From Lytechinus pictus (lineage: Eukaryota), in contig NC_087251.1 of NCBI RefSeq assembly GCF_037042905.1, forward strand, positions 48,796,001 to 48,860,000: 64,000 nt of DNA, written 5' to 3'. Made by a program: the position numbers and the translations under genes. Positions 55,674-64,000 of the stretch are shown here, piece after piece. The notes below the pieces were generated by a model, which saw nothing but the letters and a program-made list of their open reading frames with translations, had not been told where the DNA came from and made no database searches. The stretch's first letter is position 1; each line of letters begins with the position of its first letter.

Positions 55674-57019
55674 TAGTATAGTCACGTATTGTATTACCGG
55701 ACATAGACCAAAAAGCTTCGGTCTCTGTTATGTTGGTTGTTCAGCTGAACTCCGTTGGCTTCACTCACCAAATACAGAGACCGAAGTTCTAGCGCGATCT
55801 GTACAGGGGACTCAATGGCCATATGTTTATGTACTTAAGATCGGATAAAACGGGGAAGTGAATTTGCGCGACAGCCGAGGTAAGTCACTGTTTTTGTTCC
55901 TTTTAACTTGATTTTTCTCCGTTTTTTGGCAATTAATGCCAAGAGGGAATATTAATTTGCATTTTGGTCGCGTTAATTTTCAAAATTTTTATTCATTAAA
56001 GACAAAAATTGAAGAGCCCCGACGGGGGGATTTTGCATTGCAAGTCCCCTAATGGTGGCTGCACGCTAGCGAGCCGTCTGTGTACGAGGAGAAAAAAAAA
56101 AAAAAAATGTTAAAAAACTCCTCGAAACAGACGGCTGCCAGCTGTCTATACCGGACACTATTATGATTCCGGACGCGCATATTACTGCGTTCTAAAACAA
56201 ATTCGTACCGCAAGACTTCCGCAATTCAATTTCACAGAGCAATACATAGAACAAGATTGCAAAAGCAAGGCGAAAAATCAATTTTTTACCTAATTATCTC
56301 TAAAAATGACAGAAAATGCTTAAAATATCATATAACATAGTTTTGTATTAACAATTGATATATTTTCTAACGGAAATATGGGCCTGATTTGCCGAATTTC
56401 AATCTCGTCCACTCCTTCGATCGAATGATGGGGTGTGGTGTATTGTGGGTGATCGTCGACGGCTAGTTCTCAAGGTACCCGTGCGCGAGGTTTACCGTGA
56501 GTAGAGCCGTCGATCGGCAGCGCATCGATAGAACTTGATGAGCGTCACGATACGAACGCGAGCATATTATTATTGGAAAGTGCCATGGAACATGCAGCTA
56601 ACAAGACAAAATAAAATAAGTTATCAAACACGAATTTATTACCAACATCTGCTCAGATTCGATATAAAAAAAAAAGCAAATAATACTTAGAATTTACTCA
56701 TGATATGATATAAGAAGAAAAAAATCACAAAAATTTGTTCTTACATCATATAATCAAGGATATCTTTACCCATCCGGCACGCGTCCGGAATCATGATGTA
56801 ATTTGTCGCGCACGAAAATAATTGTTTTTCGTGGAGGGGTATGCGGCAAGTGCGATGCAAAGAAAACGGTTGGTAAATATAAAATAATTGTATCATATTC
56901 ATAATTTTCATAATATTTGGAATAGCAAGTGTGAATTTTTCTTGATTGTATTTCCTCTAGTTGTCATTTTTAAAGCACTGAAATAAAGGTGTCCGGCAAT
57001 AGGATACACTGCCATACTA
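55674..57019. mobile_element. Non-autonomous DNA transposon with TAG...CTA termini (Academ-like), left TIR interrupted
   Basis: Left TAGTATAGTCACGTATTGTATTACCGGACAC versus right reverse complement TAGTATGGCAGTGTATCCTATTGCCGGACAC. Inner inverted repeat ATGATTCCGGACGCG / CGCGTCCGGAATCAT. TSD unclear. Confidence 0.65.
55704..56148. mobile_element. 445-bp element with TAGAC...GTCTA ends and 9-bp TSD (AcademH- or MULE-like)
   Basis: TACCGGACA duplicated at 55695-55703 and 56149-56157. Confidence 0.85.
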
Positions 57020-57230
57020 TAATAATTAACGTTAAATAATTAATATTAAGACTTGTCTTAAGTAACTGGAAGGACATGAATTAAAGAGAGGGCAAACTGA
57101 GTTGGAATAAAAGGAATTTCTTCGTCCCATAATAAATACAATAAGTTAATGTATAGTGAGTGATTGTATTATCGACCCACCCATGGCTGGGTTCATATCA
57201 CTAGTATCACTTATCAGTGAGTATCAGTAT

Positions 57231-57759
57231 TAACCCAGGGAGCTCCTGCCCGCGCAGCGGGCGGGAGCCCAGGGGCTTACCGTGTATTTTACCATACTCA
57301 AGGGACTAGGGTGATTTATGGTCTAAATATTTCTCCAAATGAATTGTGAAAACAGAAATTATGCACTTACCACGATTATATGGATGAAGGTCTAACGATT
57401 GGCAGTTTCCTGATATCTGGGCACAAACTGGAACCTCAAAAAAACGAAAAGTTCTCTCCTTCTACCCCAGTCTCGATCGGCCATTTTGTTACAATTCATA
57501 ACAAAAATGGCCGATCGAGACGGGGGTAGAAGGAGAGAACTTTTCGTTTTTTGAGGTTCCAGTCTGTGCCCAGATGTCAGGAAACTGCCACTCGTTAGAC
57601 CTTCATCCATATAATCGTGGTAAGTGCATAATTTATGTTTTCACAATTCATTTGGAGAAATATTTAGACCATAAATCACCCTAGTCCCGTGAGTATGGTC
57701 AAATACACGGTAAGCTCCTGGGCTCCCGCCCGCTGTGCGGGCGGGAGTTCCCTGGGTTA
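57231..57759. mobile_element. 529-bp near-perfect palindromic MULE-type MITE
   Basis: ~260-bp inverted arms from TAACCCAGGG to CCCTGGGTTA. 9-bp TSD TATCAGTAT at 57222-57230 and 57760-57768. Confidence 0.93.
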
Positions 57760-60118
57760 TATCAGTATCAGTCATATGCACGCGACACACACGACACATC
57801 CAAAATATACTGGGCTTTTGCCCACATAAAATATCATGCATAATCTGGTATTTCACATTCTGCTATGACACTTACTGAATCATTTAGATCCTTCCGTGAC
57901 TTCGTGAAGTTTCTTTTAAAAAATATGTATATTTTCTTGATCTTTAGTGAAGATTTCACGGAGATAAAAATTGGTAAGCGTGGATATCAATTTTCGCCTA
58001 AAGAGGGTGCGCGATTTATATTCATATCAAAGACACGACAAGGGAAAGACTAGGCACCTACACTATTTTACACGCAAATCGACGCAAGGCATTACGCGAA
58101 GTCCGTGAAGTGTCCAATCTTTTCATTGTATAGACTTTGGTATACCGTATTATTGACGTTCGTTAAAGCTTGTACTGCTGGTTTCGTTCCAGGCATGTGT
58201 ATTTTTTTCAATTTTTTTTTATTAGTCATCGTTTTAAATTAATTGCAAAAAAGTGTTATCATTGCCAATAGTGATCTTGAATTATGTTTTTGAAGGTATT
58301 TCATTTATTGGTGCCCATAATTTGTAAATTAATCATAAGAATTGCGCAGTCAAAGAATTTAGACACAGTTATAAAATTACCGAGGAGCTGAATCAAGGTT
58401 GTGAAATTTATTAGCGCCACCAACGGGCTTCCTTGTATTTCCGTAGAAAAGACAAACGAAGTCACTTGCTAGGCCGAGGTAAGCGAAATTTGGTCTTTTT
58501 GTAATGAAATTATTTACAAATCATATGTATAATTTTTTTATGTATTGCTACTTACCAGAAAGAGCCCCGGTGCGTAGCGAGAAGGAGTTTCGGCAAATAT
58601 TACTTCAGCAATGAAGCGATGTTTGCCGACTACTTCGAAATCCAGGGTCAAACACGGTCCCTTGTACGAGGTTAGTATATATACTAACCTCGTATTAGTG
58701 TGAGTGTTACCGACCGGCCTTGTATTACCGAACGCATGCATCATACGCATCAGAAAATAATTTCATACGCTCAAAATTTTGCGAAATCCTTCCAAAGAGA
58801 ACTTGAATAGAAAGATGATGAAAAATGGTCTAAAACACATTTTCAAAGTCTTAATATTCTAAAAATAATAAAATATGGTCAAAATAGCTCATCAGTGACT
58901 TTGTAGTTTTCTCAACTTTTCCCATAGAAAACACACTTTTGGTAATACGATACCTTTTTCAAGTGACCAAAATATTTCACATGCGAAGAGGGGTCCGATT
59001 GGAAGCTTATATCGTAAAAAGGAAAAACGATTTTGGCAAATTTTGTACATATTTATATTTTGTAGGTAATTGTGTATTTATGGTGAAAGTTTGGTGAATT
59101 TCATGAGAATAATCATGTATTTGATTGAATTCATGAAAAGGGTTTGGTAATACGATCCACTACCATATAGCAAATTAAGAAAATTTCTAGTTTGAAATGC
59201 TTTATTTATTTTAGTGTTTACTTATTTCATATCAATCATATTCAGCACTCGATTCTGTCTTGCGATTAGACACAAATGTCGATCTTTTTGCAACTTCTAA
59301 ATCATAAATATGAACAAAAGTCTGACATATCTGATGCTAATCTGCATGTCAAAACCTACAAGATAAGATGCCAATTTGCCATTTCAGTGTTTAATAGTTT
59401 AATGAGGAAAGTTCCAGTTAAACAAAGTAATGACTTGCTTTGTAGATCACTAAATTAAAGTAAATTCCATCATCATTCTTTTAAGACTTCCAAAGTTCCA
59501 ATCTTTCTGTGTGAATTATTTTAGTGTTAGTGTTGTAACTGGTATTTGGTCAACAGCTGTAGGGCCAGAGGAAAACCTGGCATAAGCCAGATAACAAAAA
59601 ATTTTCATTCTTTGAAGAAAAAAAATAGAAACAAATAATCTGTATGTATTTTTTAGTGTGAATTTGTGATATTAAATTGTAGGGACAATGCAAAAATATT
59701 TTAAGTCTGTATCTTTAAGATTTATAAGCTGGAAAGATGTTCTACTAGTGGGGCTTGATGAAGTTAGTGAAAACCAGGAATATTTTACTCAATAAATATT
59801 TGTTACTGTATCTTTAATAGTAGAGAACAGTCCCTGCCCTTCTATATGGGAAATGAAAGAATCTTTACTTAAACTTAAAGAATAAACAAGGAGAAAGAAA
59901 GGTTGCTGCTACTTCACAAAGTAGTGAAGTACATTAACAATGTTATAGAAAACAAAATGGGAACATTTTATATTAGCATGCTGGAGTCAGTGGAGTGTAA
60001 GGGTTGCTCTCCTCTTGGATTCTCTCTGTGTCATTAAAATGATTAGAAAAATCACATTGAGTGATATTATAGTGCATAGTCTTTTGATAATCTGAAACAA
60101 ACTTTGTATCTTCCATAG

Positions 60119-60236
60119 AGATACTTTGAACCAGACTTGCAGGTTTACCATAATGGCAGACTCGTTCAGGAAAATGAAAGGTTGCAGAAGAATGGGACAT
60201 ACCATGTTACCCTGCCTCTTCTGGGTGGAAAAGGAG
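60119..60236 (+). CDS. SDE2: SDE2 coding exon 2 (C-terminal half of UBL and GG|KG)
   Basis: Acceptor tcttccatag| and donor G|GTAAGT. Encodes RYFEPDLQVYHNGRLVQENERLQKNGTYHVTLPLLGGKG. Confidence 0.9.
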
Positions 60237-60960
60237 GTAAGTTTGAATCGGTGATGAAAATATCAATAAAGCAAGGATGCTGTGCCAAAGAGTCGTGTAT
60301 TGTTGTCACTTCTCGGCCTTGTAGCTAAAATTGTGTGCTTCAAAGCTTCAGTTGTATCTTTTCCAATCATTTAAGAATCTTCTATGTTTATGGTACATTC
60401 TTTGCTTAGGTTTAAATCAGTCCAAGGCCATCAAAGACGTGGCTGTGGATGCCTTGTTGATTGGCCTCCATGCCTCTCTCATTGGCCCTGAAGAATTGCT
60501 GTGTCCTATTTTTTTTTCTTCCATTTGAGGTGTAATATAGAAATGTGCCCAAAAGTGGCCTTGCCATAAAGAATCAGAATTATGGCTTGTCATTGCATGT
60601 TATTTTGAATCAATCTATATCAATTGTGATATTGATTGTATTATTTTTTTTCAATAAACATGGCATTTGTCAGGTAAAACAATTGTACTTTTGAGACATT
60701 ATTAATGCCCTTTGGCTTTCATTCATTGTTCAGGGGAGTGTTTCTTGACAGTTGCCATAGTAACTGGCATTTTTCAGCCAATCAACAATCTCAAATTTAG
60801 TCAGCACTGGCAATTGGTGGATAAATGTTTATGAAAGTCATGAAACATCTCTCGGGTCTAAGCACCAAGATACTCTATGTGAATGATTGCACTCTGTCTT
60901 TATCAACCAATATAAAGATGTGGATTGTCCAATCAATGTAATATCTCATTCCTTGGACAG

Positions 60961-61072
60961 GATTTGGTGCTATGTTGCGGATGATTGGTGCTCAAATCGA
61001 GAAGACTACAAACCGAGAAGCATGCAGGGACCTAAGTGGAAGGAGGATGAGAGATGTAAACAATGAAAAAAA
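60961..61072 (+). CDS. SDE2: SDE2 coding exon 3 (SDE2 domain)
   Basis: Acceptor ggacag| and donor AA|GTAAGA. Encodes [37 protein letters not shown], the diagnostic SDE2 signature. Phases (1 in, 2 out) fit the neighbouring exons. Confidence 0.96.
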
Positions 61073-61263
61073 GTAAGAAATATTGTATCATTCTTTTTTA
61101 TGCCCATGCCCAGTATTAGTGGGTGCTGGAGAAATTAAGCTTGTTGGTTGAAGGTTACAGTGGCCCTTTTCATTCAACATTGCAAAATTTATCAAATAAA
61201 GCACAATTTTATTTCATATCATTTAAATCGTAACGATTTTATGGCATACACACTTATATCATC

Positions 61264-61967
61264 TAGTGTTGTTATCGTTAAGAAAATTCTTTATCTATAT
61301 ATCTTTAAAAATATCTTACTGATATCAATAACTATCGACAAACGAACATAATCAATACGCATTATTTTTATGCACTGATTAGCGATGCCACAATACTTGC
61401 GCTGGTCAAAATTTGTATCTGCCACTGTACCAACAACGCTTAAAAATCCGCCTTCATTGAATCTAAACGAGTACATGTAATCTTTTAACAAATACATTTA
61501 GCATGAATACATCCTCACCTTTCACGTTGTTGGCATTATTTTAGGGTTGGATGAAATGTTATCAATAATTTTGGGGCTTTTTGGACATCGTTCTGAGCAG
61601 TCAACGACTTTCGCCTATCCGCCATTTTGGATTTGAGGAAACCGCAGTCACTATGTGTGGATTGTCATGGTTGTAGCGAAGTGAGATCGTGTTTTTTGCC
61701 AGTTGATATTCGTATTTTGTTGAGGATTTGGGAGTTATATTTGTTGCTATTCTATGCATTTTGAGGAAAAATGCGTTTTCTGTGATTTTCTCTTTGAAAA
61801 GCCACTTTCAAAAGGCCGTTCCCGTGAATTCCTTCCGTTTCCACTGTCCCTACATTATAGCGGGTATTATCAACAACGAGAAAAAGGTTATCGATATCGC
61901 TAAGTGGCAAAAAACATGCGATTATCAATAAGACTATCGTTAAAAGAGGCTATCGATAACAGCACTA
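61264..61967. mobile_element. Non-autonomous element with 8-bp TSD (hAT-type) in SDE2 intron 3
   Basis: TIRs TAGTGTTGTTATCG / CGATAACAGCACTA. TSD ATATCATC at 61256-61263 and 61968-61975. Confidence 0.88.
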
Positions 61968-62469
61968 ATATCATCTAGTTATGAATTTTGAATAGCATTC
62001 ACTTGGGGGGATTAACCAAAACCAAAAGTTTACTGCCCATGATCAAGCATCCATTTCCATTTATTTACTTTTTCTTGTTTTGTAATCTTGATATTGATCA
62101 CATCTTAGAAATTATTATTAAACCCTTCCAGTACAAACAAATTTAATGAATTTATGTTTTGATGTGTGAAAGAAAAAAGCAATGCTATACATGTAGATAA
62201 GACAGGAATACCTTAAAATAGAGCTATAAGGAGTTCCCCGGTCATTCATTTCAAACAGGCAGATGCACAGCCCATATTTTGATATGATTCCATATTATCA
62301 ATTTTTTTTTGTTTTGAAAAGACTGCAAGCATGGATCGAGAGAAAGAAACAACAGAATTTGTTAGATTCAGTACGGATACCGAAGTGCTAGTTCCCTCAG
62401 TCTTTCACAAGCAGGCAAATATAGTGCCCATATTCAATTATTTCAAATTTCAAACTATTCTTTCTAAAG

Positions 62470-62639
62470 ACTGCAATCATGGATTGAGAAGAAGCAACAG
62501 CAGGAGGAAGAACGTGAAAAGCGGAGAAGGGAGAAGCTGGAGAGGATGCGCTCTACCCCCAAGCACTACTTTGTTGATCCAACCTATGACAAACAGAGAG
62601 AGGCTGTTACGGAGAGTCTGGATGAAGCTGTGTCCACAG
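62470..62639 (+). CDS. SDE2: SDE2 coding exon 4 (coiled-coil region); gene continues beyond this exon, probably past the window end
   Basis: Acceptor ttctaaag| and donor G|GTGCGC. Encodes (K)LQSWIEKKQQQEEEREKRRREKLERMRSTPKHYFVDPTYDKQREAVTESLDEAVST, matching the SDE2 W..K..ERE.....ERL.R....PKH.F..P.Y pattern. Confidence 0.93.
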
Positions 62640-62772
62640 GTGCGCATGTTATGAACAAATCTCGTGCTACAGTCACACGAAACTGACTCCAAACTGACTG
62701 CTTATATACCATTAGAAATAATGTGAAATGTTTGACTGGTCTGTAGTCGATTTTTTTTTGGTGTGCCTTTAA

Positions 62773-63356
62773 AGGGATGGTCCGGGCTGAAAGTATTTAT
62801 AGCTTAATAAATAGAGTAGAATTCTCTGAGCAAAATGCCGAAAATTTCATCAAAATCGGATAACAAATAACAAAGTTATTGAATTTTAAAGTTTAGCAAT
62901 ATTTTGTGGAAACAGTCGTCATGAATATTCATTAGGTGGGCTGATGATGTCACATCCCCACTTGTTCTTTTGTATTTTATTATATGAAATTAGGTTTATT
63001 CAATTTTTTTCCTCCAAGAACTAGAAAAATTGGATTGACAACTGATTTAGTGCATTAGATATTTATTGCTGCAACTTATTTCATTGTAAGGGAGACATAT
63101 TATTCACACAAGTATGAAATAAAGAAAAAATTATGATTTTATGTAATAACATAAGAAAACGGAAAGTGGAGATGTGACATCATCAGCCCACCTAATGAAT
63201 ATTCATGACGACTGTTTTCACAAGATATTGCTAAACTGTAAACTTCAATAACTTTATTTATTTGTCATCCGATTTTGATGAAATTTTTTGGCATTTTGCT
63301 CAGTGAAGTCTACTCTATGTATTAAGATATAAATATTTTCAGCCCGGACCATCCCT
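62773..63356. mobile_element. Kolobok-type palindromic MITE in SDE2 intron 4
   Basis: TTAA|AGGGATGGTCCGGGCTGAAA ... TTTCAGCCCGGACCATCCCT|TTAA, with ~190-bp inverted arms. Confidence 0.9.
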
Positions 63357-63913
63357 TTAAGCATTATGGACCAAACAGATACTGATATTAGAAGTAAACA
63401 TGAGAGCATTTTTATAAGCTACCAAAATCCTGATTATCCGAGAGAAAATTAGTCAGTAAAAAATCACTGCAAAATTCTTCATGATATTTTCCAATGTTCA
63501 TAAGTAAGAGCTTACTATAGATGATAGATCATTCAAGTATTTGGCAGGCAGATCATATATTCTTCATTTTGTAAGAGGTGCAAAATCCAAAATTTCTGGG
63601 ATATTTTTTCACCACTGTAAATTGACTGGCCTACCCTTCATACTTTAACATTTGCAATTAAATTTACAACATGGAAAGTTCCTCTTAAAAAAAAAGAATT
63701 GTAATTTGAAGGGGGAAAAAGTGTACTAATTGGAAGTAATGTATATAGCCTATGATAATATGATAACAATGATGTGCACTATGAACAAATATTTTAAAAA
63801 AAATGTGGCAGATATGTGAGATTTTGATTGAAAATCTGAAAATACAATGTGGTGTGTGATAATGTAAATTATCGCAATACACTTGAAATTTACATAGACT
63901 GAAGTCACCTTAA

Positions 63914-64000
63914 AGGAGAATGAAACCCTTGAAACCAGCTGAATCCATATCAAAGAGAAAAATCAAAGAAACATATTGTTGAAAGTTTGAGGAAGATTGA
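63914..64000. mobile_element. Left end of another Kolobok-type MITE (runs off the window)
   Basis: TTAA|AGGAGAATGAAACCC start; other end not visible. Confidence 0.5.

Noticed and set aside
59276..59458. ORF MSIFLQLLN... as SDE2 exon 1
   Set aside because: No good phase-0 donor, and a weaker ubiquitin-like match than 52619-52723.
62331..62654. 107-aa ORF from the track
   Set aside because: Wrong frame; the conserved SDE2 reading is in a different frame starting at 62470.

Overview
AT-rich, repeat-dense eukaryotic (animal) DNA with GT-AG introns. The repeat families and genes suggest an invertebrate deuterostome such as a sea urchin; this is inference, not verified. Four host genes are supported. 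(1) An intronless GT31 beta-1,3-galactosyltransferase-like CDS (9422-10666, +). (2, 3) A tandem pair of two-exon class-A GPCRs of muscarinic/histamine-H3-like type on the minus strand (30677-28855 and 38699-36725); both carry Arg instead of the amine-binding Asp at position 3.32. (4) The first four coding exons of SDE2 (52619-62639, +), which the ORF track shows only as fragments: a ubiquitin-like domain, the GG|KGG cleavage site and the SDE2 domain. A duplicated, stop-containing copy of the exon-4 acceptor lies 148 nt upstream of the real one. The rest is microsatellites, a decayed CR1-group LINE and other LINE fragments, tRNA-derived SINEs, and many non-autonomous DNA transposons (hAT, PIF/Harbinger, Kolobok, piggyBac, MULE, Academ-like, CACT-type, Helentron-like). 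Several of these are nested, with target-site duplications (TSDs) readable in the sequence.
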